DNA of 64,000 nucleotides from Pseudomonadales bacterium (GCA_019090455.1 JAHRWA010000010.1:211366-275365); one strand, 5' to 3'. Positions 50,612 through 60,278 are shown, numbered from the stretch's first letter. Translations and numbers: made by a program. Notes: generated from the letters alone by a model not told the origin.

Positions 50612-52003
50612 CTACTGACTTAAATGCGCCTGCCAAAACGGATTGTACAAATTGGGTTGCTCACCGGCATGGGCTTCAAAGCCCCAGATGCAACCCGTCA
50701 TGCCACACGGCCGCTCATAAAATACTTCCGATCGAGCTAGCGCTGACATCAAAATGCGATTGTTCTCATCGTTATCATTAAGGCCAACCCCTTGTTGATT
50801 AAGTCCCGCATTATAAAAATCACTATCTAAAAAACGGTCATGCATTCTCTTTGTCAGAAAAGCTGTTAACTTCAATGGAGGTGCAGCAGGCGCTATACTG
50901 AAGCGCTGTGCAAACCCGATATACCCTACGGCGCAAGAAAAAGCCGAATTAATACCGTTTGCCTCGCGACAAAGAACATCAGCGTCGGCAGAGCCTTGGC
51001 CCACCGTAGCAATCACGCCAGCATCATCGGTTTCAAACTGGTCGTTTGCACCCCAGTTTAAACGAGTGACCAAATTCAGTTGGCTCGTACTACCTTGCCG
51101 TTGCAGCCAGCCTTGATCCCAACTCCGATCTCGAAACCAATCTCTACTCGCCAACGCATCGATCGACTTTTCCGCTAAATCAAAAATCACATCGACATCA
51201 CCTAGAGCGTTATAACTAAGGACATTTCGAATAAGGTCATCTTGCCCATTAATTTCTAACAGTACCGCATCAAGGACAGCTTCATCTCGAGCACCAACAC
51301 GAGACTTTATATAATCAAGGTGATCAGTATTGTTAACATGAATAGTTTGAATTAACTCGGGATCTTGATAGACGGTCATTTCATGCAAGCCTGCAATCAT
51401 TTCCATAGCCTCCTGCTCTAGGGATTTCTCGCCATTAACCGCGTCATAATTCACTAGAGCATCATAGGTCGCTACTTGCGCTACAGTTTGGCTATACATC
51501 AAGGATTGGGTTAGAGCGATATAGAGAGGGGCGATATTATCGACACCGTCCCCACCAGGTCCTAGTATCTTGCCAATAGCTTCATCGGTTAACGCCAACT
51601 CAGGAAAATCCGTCATTAACCTAGTAATCACAGCGGGGTTATTTTGCCTCAAATCTGCTAGCGCACGGACCCAAGAGGTATAGCTGACCATATGCCCTAC
51701 AGCTAAATGATTAGCCATCATGGAACGATGGGTATATGCCAAAAAATTAAGCTGCCTAGCAACGACAACTGCCGCACTAAAAGCCGCAGCATCAGCCGCA
51801 TTGACCAACTGAACCTTATCATTGACGACTCGTCCAGTGTTAAAAGTGGCTAGCATTGTAAATGCCGCAAGTAAAACCAGTGCCATGCCGAGCATGAGAA
51901 CCTGGCCAGACTGACGCCGAAATCGTATAGGGGCTTGAGAAAGAAATATTTTTGGAGTTATTGCTGTAGAGCCAATGTCGGCCCCGATATATCCGTTATT
52001 CAT
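50612..52003 (-). CDS. TadG-like Flp pilus assembly protein
   Basis: 463 aa. The N-terminal segment SGQVLMLGMALVLLAAFTMLATFNTGRVVNDKVQLVNAADAAAFSAAV matches the 'putative Flp pilus-assembly TadE/G-like' pattern (xxLQNAADAAALAAA). Confidence 0.72.
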   Translation of the reverse strand: MNNGYIGADIGSTAITPKIFLSQAPIRFRRQSGQVLMLGMALVLLAAFTMLATFNTGRVVNDKVQLVNAADAAAFSAAVVVARQLNFLAYTHRSMMANHLAVGHMVSYTSWVRALADLRQNNPAVITRLMTDFPELALTDEAIGKILGPGGDGVDNIAPLYIALTQSLMYSQTVAQVATYDALVNYDAVNGEKSLEQEAMEMIAGLHEMTVYQDPELIQTIHVNNTDHLDYIKSRVGARDEAVLDAVLLEINGQDDLIRNVLSYNALGDVDVIFDLAEKSIDALASRDWFRDRSWDQGWLQRQGSTSQLNLVTRLNWGANDQFETDDAGVIATVGQGSADADVLCREANGINSAFSCAVGYIGFAQRFSIAPAAPPLKLTAFLTKRMHDRFLDSDFYNAGLNQQGVGLNDNDENNRILMSALARSEVFYERPCGMTGCIWGFEAHAGEQPNLYNPFWQAHLSQ

Positions 52004-52132
52004 GCCTCCTCCTGCTTATTGTTGTCTAGCCGAGCTTAAAGAAGAAGGTTTCAGGCTTACTCTGTATTTTTTGCCTCGCCACTGGGCAGCGAACTTCCAT
52101 CACGATACTTTACATATTAAATAGAGTATTCG

Positions 52133-52176
52133 AAAAAGCAGTAGGTATAGCGGATAATTTCGCTATACCTACTTGC
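52133..52176 (-). terminator. Hairpin/attenuator immediately downstream of flp
   Basis: Arms gcagtaggtatagcg / cgctatacctac(t)tgc with an 8-nt loop. On the minus strand the hairpin is followed by TTTTTCG. It lies between the flp stop (52190) and the tadG-like start (52003). Confidence 0.6.
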
Positions 52177-52189
52177 CAAACTACATAAT

Positions 52190-52423
52190 CTACTGAAGTA
52201 CCATGGTATTAGACGGGCTAGGAGCAGCGACTGTAGTGGTTGTAGCACCAATAGTAGTACCACCTAGAAGATTTGCGGCGTTTGCCGTTTGTTCTTCAAC
52301 AACGGTTCCGAATGCGCCGAATACCACAATAGCAGAAATCGCGATAACGCCAACCATGATTAGGTACTCGGACATGCCTTGACCACGTTGGGCTTGAGAA
52401 GAGATTAATTTAGATATTTTCAC
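52190..52423 (-). CDS. flp: Flp family type IVb pilin
   Basis: 77 aa, GTG start with a GGGG Shine-Dalgarno sequence. AQRG|QGMSEYLIMVGVIAISAIVVFGAF is the Flp motif G|xxxxEY plus a hydrophobic helix. The C-terminal tail is Thr-rich. Confidence 0.85.
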   Translation of the reverse strand: MKISKLISSQAQRGQGMSEYLIMVGVIAISAIVVFGAFGTVVEEQTANAANLLGGTTIGATTTTVAAPSPSNTMVLQ

Positions 52424-52871
52424 AGGTAGACCCCTTTATTATTTTATTTCGATTTTTATATATTTTTTATTCGCTGCCCCACTCGGATCAGCTAATGAAT
52501 TTATATCACGATCTTTTAGCTAATTCCATACTTTTGATTAACTATTTCCATCAATCGTTGATATGGGAGGATTCAAAGAAAGTAAGCGCACATAATACCT
52601 ATAATAGCGAGTTTGGAAAGTTTGAAATCAAATAATTTACAATAATATACAGTATTCTTCCAGCATGGACCCAAAAGATATCCGGCGTATGCTAATCAGC
52701 TAATCAGAAGAACACCTTGATTCAAAACTAGGGAAAGACAAATGGAGCCAAGACTCTCTTATTGACTCGTGGCATACTTGATTTAGTCATTTACGGCATA
52801 CCATATTGACGTACGGCGTTTTATTTTACCTCTAACATGAAGGTTTATTCCTTAAATTTACGCATCAAAAC

Positions 52872-53828
52872 ATGAAATTATCTCGTTATTTTAAAAAAAA
52901 ATCGGGCAATCTACACTCGCTGACTACAGAGCAAAACGAAGGCAGTAACCTGGAAACTGAAGCAACCACCTCGACCAAAAATTCAATTGAAGAAACAATT
53001 CTGCCCACCTTGCTTGAACTTAATAACGTGCAATATACTCTAAAGCCCTTTAAGAAGGGCGGGATATGTGACATTTATAAAGGACTCCCCAATACAAAAG
53101 ATCTCCCCACCATTGCAGTAAAAATGATTAGAAAGGAATGGTACACTAACAGCAGAGTTAGAAGGCAGTTCAGCACCGAGTCTCAAATTGTACGAGATCT
53201 TCGGCAGGAACATCTCCCCCGTTATATTTCCAGAGGACTGCTCTCCGGTAAACCCTACTTTGCCTATGAATATATCGAAGGGTTTCGTTTAATTAACTTA
53301 TCCCAAAAGAGAGACATTTTCCCGCCAGAACTCGTGAAAGACATTGCCTTAGACATAATTTGCCAGTTATTACGCTCTCTTCACTATATGCATACTAAAT
53401 TGAATCCCATTGCCCACGGAGACATCAGCTCCGAAAATATTATTTTCGATGACTGGCACAATATCCATCTAATCGATTTCGGGTGTGCGCATTATCTAAA
53501 ACTGGCCGACAACAATGCCTATCAATGGGTAGGCAAGCCCTCGTTTATATCGCCAGAACAAGCAAAGGGAGAGCCTTGGGATCATCGTAGCGACATCTAC
53601 CAAGCAGGTATTTTGTATTATGAGCTAGCAACTGGCGCACGCTGGAATACGGGTACGAATCCTCGAAATAAAACGCTTTTTGCTGCTTCAGCTGAACCCC
53701 CAAGACCTGATTTTCTCGCAAAAGAAGCGGGAATAAATATATCAACATCAATAGCCAAAATGCTTCACCCTCAACCTCAATTACGCTATCAATCTGCCAA
53801 TAACGCATTAAAGGACCTTGAAAAATAG
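52872..53828 (+). CDS. Soluble Hanks-type Ser/Thr protein kinase
   Basis: 318 aa. IAVKMI (VAIK-like Lys), catalytic loop HGDISSENIIF, LIDFG (DFG) and FISPEQ (APE). No TM segment. Divergent from flp. Confidence 0.85.
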   Translation: MKLSRYFKKKSGNLHSLTTEQNEGSNLETEATTSTKNSIEETILPTLLELNNVQYTLKPFKKGGICDIYKGLPNTKDLPTIAVKMIRKEWYTNSRVRRQFSTESQIVRDLRQEHLPRYISRGLLSGKPYFAYEYIEGFRLINLSQKRDIFPPELVKDIALDIICQLLRSLHYMHTKLNPIAHGDISSENIIFDDWHNIHLIDFGCAHYLKLADNNAYQWVGKPSFISPEQAKGEPWDHRSDIYQAGILYYELATGARWNTGTNPRNKTLFAASAEPPRPDFLAKEAGINISTSIAKMLHPQPQLRYQSANNALKDLEK

Positions 53829-53869
53829 CGCCCTATAATGGTTATTTACTATTAAATTAAGCGCACTCC

Positions 53870-54853
53870 CTAGCGGACTAAGTCACCACCTTTGTATATA
53901 CATTTAATGGCTTCACCGCCAGAGGGGTAGCACAATCCATTTCCATCCATTTTACCGTCTTTAAACTCACCTTTATATTTACTGCCATCAACCCAAGTAA
54001 AGGAGCCTTTCCCACTCATTTTGTCATTGAAGAAATCACCGACATACTGACGACCATCAGCCCAGAGATAAGTCCCTTTACCCTGCTTGATTCCACCAAT
54101 GAATTGACCCACATATTTGTGTCCGTCCGGCCAAGTTAGCACGCCTTTACCCGTTTGCCGATCATCTAAATAGTCACCAATATATTTTTCACCGCCAGCC
54201 CAGATTTCAGTACCCTTCCCGGATTTCTTACCCTTTTTAAAATCACCACTGTATTTTCTACCGTCGGGCCAGGTATACACGCCCTTACCCGAGGCTTCGT
54301 CATCTATAAAATCTCCAATTAACTTTTCACCATTCGACCAAACAAGCACCCCTTTGCCTTGTTTCTTGTCGTCATGAAATTCTCCATCGTATCGTCGCCC
54401 ATCCGGCCAGCTATAGACCCCTTTACCATTTTTGGCATCACCCTTAAACTGACCCTTATACTGTCGACCATCTCGCCAAGTGTATAGTCCCTTGCCATTT
54501 TTCTGCCCATTTATAAAACCCCCTTCATATTTTGCACCTGAGGCCCACATAAACGTACCTTTGCCGTCAAACACTCCATTTATCCACTCACCCTCATACG
54601 TTGAACCGGAAACAGTAATAAATTTCCCCTGCCCCCACATGGTATCATTCTCCCAGTCGCCCCGATAACTATCACCATTTGGCCAAATATAAGACCCGTT
54701 ACCTTGCCTTTTATTATCAATGAGCCCTCCGACATACTTAGATCCCGTTTCCCAAGACTGTAATTGAGACTCCGCTACAATTTCTTTTTGATCAGAGCAG
54801 CTGGCGACGATGGTAAATGTCGCCATCAATATAAATGCAGTTCTGTATTTCAT
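53870..54853 (-). CDS. MORN-repeat lipoprotein
   Basis: 327 aa. Lipobox VASCSD. About 11 tandem MORN units (YxGxfxxgxxxGxGxxxWxdG). Confidence 0.88.
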   Translation of the reverse strand: MKYRTAFILMATFTIVASCSDQKEIVAESQLQSWETGSKYVGGLIDNKRQGNGSYIWPNGDSYRGDWENDTMWGQGKFITVSGSTYEGEWINGVFDGKGTFMWASGAKYEGGFINGQKNGKGLYTWRDGRQYKGQFKGDAKNGKGVYSWPDGRRYDGEFHDDKKQGKGVLVWSNGEKLIGDFIDDEASGKGVYTWPDGRKYSGDFKKGKKSGKGTEIWAGGEKYIGDYLDDRQTGKGVLTWPDGHKYVGQFIGGIKQGKGTYLWADGRQYVGDFFNDKMSGKGSFTWVDGSKYKGEFKDGKMDGNGLCYPSGGEAIKCIYKGGDLVR

Positions 54854-54992
54854 TAAGATAATCTACTCATGCTGTTGTCCGTTACTTTGGATTAATACCT
54901 GTAAAAGTATAATTCATCACCCTTACGAATCAATGATCGAATAATTCGTTTTCGATTTCACAATGGCCTATCGCCAAACTCCATAGCCCAAC

Positions 54993-55016
54993 AAAAAAGG
55001 CGCCATAGGCGCCTTT
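54993..55016 (-). terminator. Rho-independent terminator of the RND operon
   Basis: aaaaaaGGCGCCataGGCGCCttt. The A-run on the plus strand gives a U-tail for the minus-strand transcript. It lies 17 nt downstream of the pump stop codon. Confidence 0.7.
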
Positions 55017-55032
55017 CCGCGTTGTATTTGCT

Positions 55033-58000
55033 TCAGGTTTGACGTTTTAAGGCAAAAGCCTCTAGCCCATCATTATATCCGGCTTCCCAGCTCGCCGTCA
55101 TTTCCTCTGCATCATACTCAGAAAGCTCTCCTTCACACCCCTTTAACCCTAAGTCATAACCTTTGTCATAGGCCCCGTCAAGATCGTCATTCCAGGAATT
55201 ATCGCCGCTGGCTCTATGAGCGGTGAACCCATCTTCCAATTTTGGGTCGCTAAGTGCCTCCAACACTGCTTCAGACTCTTGCAAAGTGGACGCACTGAAT
55301 GGTTCCACCAAGTCTTCGGCAGCCAAGCTAGGCATCAATTCAGCAGCTATCACTGCATCTAACGCCAACTCTGTATTTAAATTATTTTGTAATTTATCGT
55401 TTGCCGCTTTCAATGCACCGGAAAGACCGTTTAGTCCCTGACTATCCGTTCCACTGGCGTCGTGAAACAATGAGTTAGGCAGATATTTTTTTGCAACGTC
55501 TTGAAGGTCTTCCAAAATGTGATAGATACAAGGTACCAATATCAGTGTAACAAAAGTTGCAAATAGCACTCCAAATGCCAACGACACTGCCATCGGAATC
55601 AAGAATTGTGCCTGTATTGATTTTTCGACCATTAATGGCGCTAGACCGCCGAAGGTAGTAATAGACGTCAGTACTATTGGCCTAAATCGAGCTCCGCCCG
55701 ATTCTCGAATCGCTCGTATCATCGGCACATTATCTCTGGCCTTTCGGTTGATATAATCCACCATAACCAGATTATCATTGACCACTACACCACTGACCGC
55801 ACACATCCCAATTAGAGACCAAAGTGTCACATCAATACCTATAACCATATGCCCTGCAAGAGCACCAACCAGTCCAAATGGGACAGCAAACATTACCATC
55901 ACAGGCTGAATGTAGGATTTAAATAGAATAGCCATCAATATATACATTACTAACAATGCAATGACATAGCCTTTAAGCAAGAATTTCTTAAATTCTTCAG
56001 CATTTTGCTGCGCGCCTGCTGTCCCCCATTTAGCCGCTAATTGAGGTAGAAATTGCTTTTTGACCTCCTTCATAATCTTCGCTGAATCCGCGACGATGGG
56101 GTCAACATTCGCCTTAACCCTGATAACCCGCATTCCATTAGTTCTGCGAATTAGCGTTGGCCCAGAACCATACTCAACATCAGCTACAGTCAAAAGGGGA
56201 ATACTAGATCCATCAGCTAATCGGATATTCATATTCTCCAAATACCAAAGAGAACTCCGCTCTTCAGAGGGATACCTTACTATGACTTTGACCTCTTCAC
56301 TTCCACGCTGCACACTTTGAACCACTGTTCCATGAAACGCTTGGCGAACCTGGTTCGCTACGCTATCCATTTTTAGATGCAAATCTGCTGCTACAGGCTT
56401 CAAATGCAAACTAATCTCAGATTGCCCCCTCTCAAAAGTATCCGTAATATCATAGACACCCTCGAATTCGGAGAGATATACCTTTAGTTTATCCGCCGAT
56501 TCCTTGAGAACTGAGGGATCTTCATGCGTTAACTTGATATCTATCGCTGGCCCTGGTTTATTGAATGTAGAATCATAGTTCAACTGCATAACGTCTTGAA
56601 TATCACCAACAATATCTCTCCAACGCCGGTTCAGCTCAGCACCAGAGACAATCCGGCTTTCTGAAGGCACCATTTCCATAACAACCGATCCTAAATGGTC
56701 TCCTTTGCCTCCAAATAATTGTTTACCGTATATGGTTAAAACGTTCTTAACTTGTTCCTCACCCGTCTCCTCATAGAGCTGAGATTTTAGCTTTATCGCA
56801 GCCCTTTCAATTTTCTGTATAGCTGCTTTTGTCACTTCTGCAGTACTTCCTTGCGCAAATGCTACATTAGCTACGGATATATCTGCTTCAATTTCCGAAA
56901 ACATAACAGTCTTAATCCATCCTCCAGAAAGTAAACCAGAGGACAGAATAAACAATGCGAAAAATAACGCTCCAACGGCATATCGCCAATGCAAAGCTCT
57001 CTCAAGAAAAGGCTGATACCACTCTCGTATAACATATTCCAGCGCACTCTCAAACTTAAGCTGAAATCGTCCAAACACTCCCCCACCATCAGATTTTCGG
57101 GGTTTAATAACAGATAAATGCGCTGGCAGTATCAACAAGGATTCCAGTAAGGAAAATACTAATGTCGAAATAACTACTAGCGGTACGACATACATCAATT
57201 TACCCTCGGGACCGGGTAAAAATAGCAAAGGGCTAAACATCACAATCGTAGTAAGGACAGCAAAAACGACAGGTGTAGCAACTTCCTGGGCTCCAGAAAT
57301 AGCGCCGGACAATCCCACATTCCCCGCTTTTTGATGCGTAAAAATATTTTCGCCCACTATAATGGCATCATCGACAACTATGCCTAACACCAGAATAAAC
57401 GCGAAGAGAGATATCATATTGATACTCCCACCAAATATAGGCAGCATCCAAAATGCACCCATAAATGAAATTGGGATACCTAAGCTCACCCAAAAAGATA
57501 AACGCCAGCGCAAAAATAACATAAGAATAAAAAAGACTAGGCCGAGTCCCACTGCGGCATTTTCTAACAAAAGATCGATACGACTTTTGAAATAAACTGA
57601 AGCATCATTCCAAAGACCGATCTTAATACCCTCTGGTAGGTAAGTCGTCGGACTTTCAACGTACTTATGAATGGAATCGGCTATTTCCAAAATATTTTGA
57701 CCACCAACCTGCATCACCGATAAATACACTGCTGGCTCACCATTATATTCACTGCGGCTACTACCCTGCTGAAACCCATCAATAACTCCGGCGACGTCAC
57801 GCAAATAAACCCGACCGCCATCTGGCTGACTTCTTACTATTATTTCTTCAAAAGTGTCCTTAGTGCTGATTTCTCCTTGAGCAATAATGGACATCTTGCC
57901 AAATTCATTGGAAATGGAGCCTGCGGGTATATCAACAGATTGGCGTTTTATCGCAGATGACACTTCGGCAAAACTAAGGCCATATCGTTGCATTGAAGTT

Positions 58001-58557
58001 TCTGATACTTCAATAGCTATTTCATAAGGCCTTACATTAACCATCTTAACCTGGGATATTTTTGGGTCACTGAGCAAATCACGGCGTACATTTTCGGCAA
58101 TTCGTTTAAGTGTACGTTCGTCCGCTTTACCCGATACAACAACATTACCCACTACTTGCTTAGGCATAGATTGCACAACTCGAGGTTTTTGCACGTTACT
58201 GGGAAACTTTATTCCTGACACTACATTTTGAATAAGCTCCTTAATCTCCTGAGTATCACTCCCGAAAGCCACCTTTACCTTAACCGCGGCGGCATGAGCT
58301 TTCGACACACTGGTTACACTTCCAACCCCATCTAGATCGGCAATAGCATCCTCTATTGGCATCGCGACACTTTTTTCAACTTCAGAAGGCGTAGCACCGG
58401 GGTACGCGACATATATTCCGACTTCATCCCAAACAATATTAGGAAAAGTTTCCTTTCTTGCATCCAACATCGCCACGCTACCAGCAACAAGCGTGAGTAC
58501 CATTAAGAGGTTTGCAGCAACACGATTTTCCGCAAACCACGCAATAACGCTATTCAT
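55033..58557 (-). CDS. RND efflux permease (AcrB/HAE-like) with a ~155-aa acidic C-terminal cytoplasmic extension
   Basis: 1174 aa. Typical RND N-terminus MNSVIAWFAENRVAANLLMVL and a 12-TM/two-loop layout. After the last TM helix (…LILVPCIYHILEDL) an unusual tail ends with the repeated motif W..D..GAYDKGYDLGLKG / SWEAGYNDGLEAF. The ATG overlaps the adaptor stop (ATGA). Confidence 0.92.
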   Translation of the reverse strand: MNSVIAWFAENRVAANLLMVLTLVAGSVAMLDARKETFPNIVWDEVGIYVAYPGATPSEVEKSVAMPIEDAIADLDGVGSVTSVSKAHAAAVKVKVAFGSDTQEIKELIQNVVSGIKFPSNVQKPRVVQSMPKQVVGNVVVSGKADERTLKRIAENVRRDLLSDPKISQVKMVNVRPYEIAIEVSETSMQRYGLSFAEVSSAIKRQSVDIPAGSISNEFGKMSIIAQGEISTKDTFEEIIVRSQPDGGRVYLRDVAGVIDGFQQGSSRSEYNGEPAVYLSVMQVGGQNILEIADSIHKYVESPTTYLPEGIKIGLWNDASVYFKSRIDLLLENAAVGLGLVFFILMLFLRWRLSFWVSLGIPISFMGAFWMLPIFGGSINMISLFAFILVLGIVVDDAIIVGENIFTHQKAGNVGLSGAISGAQEVATPVVFAVLTTIVMFSPLLFLPGPEGKLMYVVPLVVISTLVFSLLESLLILPAHLSVIKPRKSDGGGVFGRFQLKFESALEYVIREWYQPFLERALHWRYAVGALFFALFILSSGLLSGGWIKTVMFSEIEADISVANVAFAQGSTAEVTKAAIQKIERAAIKLKSQLYEETGEEQVKNVLTIYGKQLFGGKGDHLGSVVMEMVPSESRIVSGAELNRRWRDIVGDIQDVMQLNYDSTFNKPGPAIDIKLTHEDPSVLKESADKLKVYLSEFEGVYDITDTFERGQSEISLHLKPVAADLHLKMDSVANQVRQAFHGTVVQSVQRGSEEVKVIVRYPSEERSSLWYLENMNIRLADGSSIPLLTVADVEYGSGPTLIRRTNGMRVIRVKANVDPIVADSAKIMKEVKKQFLPQLAAKWGTAGAQQNAEEFKKFLLKGYVIALLVMYILMAILFKSYIQPVMVMFAVPFGLVGALAGHMVIGIDVTLWSLIGMCAVSGVVVNDNLVMVDYINRKARDNVPMIRAIRESGGARFRPIVLTSITTFGGLAPLMVEKSIQAQFLIPMAVSLAFGVLFATFVTLILVPCIYHILEDLQDVAKKYLPNSLFHDASGTDSQGLNGLSGALKAANDKLQNNLNTELALDAVIAAELMPSLAAEDLVEPFSASTLQESEAVLEALSDPKLEDGFTAHRASGDNSWNDDLDGAYDKGYDLGLKGCEGELSEYDAEEMTASWEAGYNDGLEAFALKRQT

Positions 58558-60278
58558 TGAGCAGATTCCTCAAGCAATCGAGGAATAACTGCCTCTGCCG
58601 CACCTTTAGAGTTCACTTGAGGGCGATTGACTTGAATGTCGTTGGTTGCGACCTTTTGGCTAGGTTTATTTTTTAGATGAGCAGTGGGGCTAGTACTCTC
58701 TACTTGAGGCTTTTTCACAGAAGCCGCCTGATCTGACCTGTTCTTATACGCTGCCGAATTGTTTTCTAAATTTGCTTTCGCTGCTATACGATCAAGAATT
58801 GCTTTTACATCATTTTCTTCATTTTTGTTTTTAACCGATTCTACTGTCTCAACTCTCTTTTCCAAGTTTGCGAATTTATGCTCTCCCCCCCCCCTTACCA
58901 ATTCTATTTCATTTGAGATATTTGAAGCTTGCTTCCCATGCTCCTTATTTTGCTCCAACCCACTAATATCATCATTCGAATGAATACTATTTTTCTTCGG
59001 TTCAGCTTGTTTAATTGGACGCTGTTTAATTGGCCATGAGTCATTGGTATCTGTTGCCAATTCTTCGTTAAAATCTCGCCCCTTCGCGACGACGTTACTG
59101 CCACTATCGACGATATCCAAATTATCCTCGTGAGTTGATCGTACTCTCATCCCCTCAATAGCAACATCCAAGCGGGTAACAACCACTTGATCGCCTGGTT
59201 GTAATCCACTGGCGATATAAACCAACTCTCTGCCTTTATGTAAAATGCCTAAACTTCTTTTTTGTAATCGCTCATCGGAATCAACAATCCAAACTTTATC
59301 CCCATTTCGAAGTACTTTTCTGGGCAAAACAACCACATTAGAGTATTCCTTTCCTTGTACCTGCGCTTCAACAAATTGGCCGGCAGATAGAGGAGGTCGA
59401 CCTGGTTGTTCCGAGTCACGCTCATAAGGCCCTTCTATTTGCGCAACGATATAAATCAGTCGGTTTCGCATATCAATTCCACCTTCCGTGCGCACGACTT
59501 TACCTGACCACAGGTAATTTTGGCCGGCATATGCTAATTGGAGTGTTACTGGCGGCCCCTCATTGGCAGCATCTTGCCCTTGGTATCTTACCGGTGCGTT
59601 AACCAGGCTTAATTGGTGATCCGACAAAGGAAGCCTTACCTCTGCTTGATCCACAGCATATACTCGCGCTATCTGCATACCAGGAGTTACGTACTGACCT
59701 CGACCAATAAAAGCCTCTCTAACCCTACCGTCGAAGGGTGCGAACACTTTGGCTTTCGCAATCTGATTGTTAGCTATTTTGACATCGGCCTTAGCCGCAT
59801 TTACATTGGCTAGGGCCTCGCGCTGCTGCGCTTTTTTGAATTTTTTGGATCGTTTGATACCATTAACTTCATCGTCATCAAGTCCCTGATTCGCAATCAA
59901 TCGATCATAGGCTTGTTGAACCGATATCAAGCGGGCTTCAGCTTTGGTGATTTGTAGTTTGTATCGTGTTGCGTCGACTTCCAACAATAGTTCATCTTTT
60001 TTGAAAAAACCGCCGCTGGCAAAATTGGAAGACACCTTGATAACTCTTCCGGCCACTTCGGTGACTATCTGTAACTCGGAACCCGGACTAATTAGTCCTC
60101 GAGAATACACAGGTATAGAGACAGTCTGCGTCATTGCCGTTGTCACGGTAACTGGTGGGGTTTGAGGTTTATAGGCAACCTCTGTGGGCGCTGGAGACAT
60201 TGAATTTAAGACAAAATACCCCCCCAGACCACTCGTTATTAATAGTATGGGGACAAAAGATCTAATAAAAATATTCAT
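58554..60278 (-). CDS. RND efflux periplasmic adaptor (MFP) with a ~190-aa low-complexity C-terminal tail
   Basis: 574 aa. N-terminal anchor, barrel-sandwich/coiled-coil hairpin pattern (VTEVAGRVIKV...LLLEVDATRYKLQITKAEARL...) and a long polar tail after ~residue 385. Confidence 0.88.
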   Translation of the reverse strand: MNIFIRSFVPILLITSGLGGYFVLNSMSPAPTEVAYKPQTPPVTVTTAMTQTVSIPVYSRGLISPGSELQIVTEVAGRVIKVSSNFASGGFFKKDELLLEVDATRYKLQITKAEARLISVQQAYDRLIANQGLDDDEVNGIKRSKKFKKAQQREALANVNAAKADVKIANNQIAKAKVFAPFDGRVREAFIGRGQYVTPGMQIARVYAVDQAEVRLPLSDHQLSLVNAPVRYQGQDAANEGPPVTLQLAYAGQNYLWSGKVVRTEGGIDMRNRLIYIVAQIEGPYERDSEQPGRPPLSAGQFVEAQVQGKEYSNVVVLPRKVLRNGDKVWIVDSDERLQKRSLGILHKGRELVYIASGLQPGDQVVVTRLDVAIEGMRVRSTHEDNLDIVDSGSNVVAKGRDFNEELATDTNDSWPIKQRPIKQAEPKKNSIHSNDDISGLEQNKEHGKQASNISNEIELVRGGGEHKFANLEKRVETVESVKNKNEENDVKAILDRIAAKANLENNSAAYKNRSDQAASVKKPQVESTSPTAHLKNKPSQKVATNDIQVNRPQVNSKGAAEAVIPRLLEESAQ

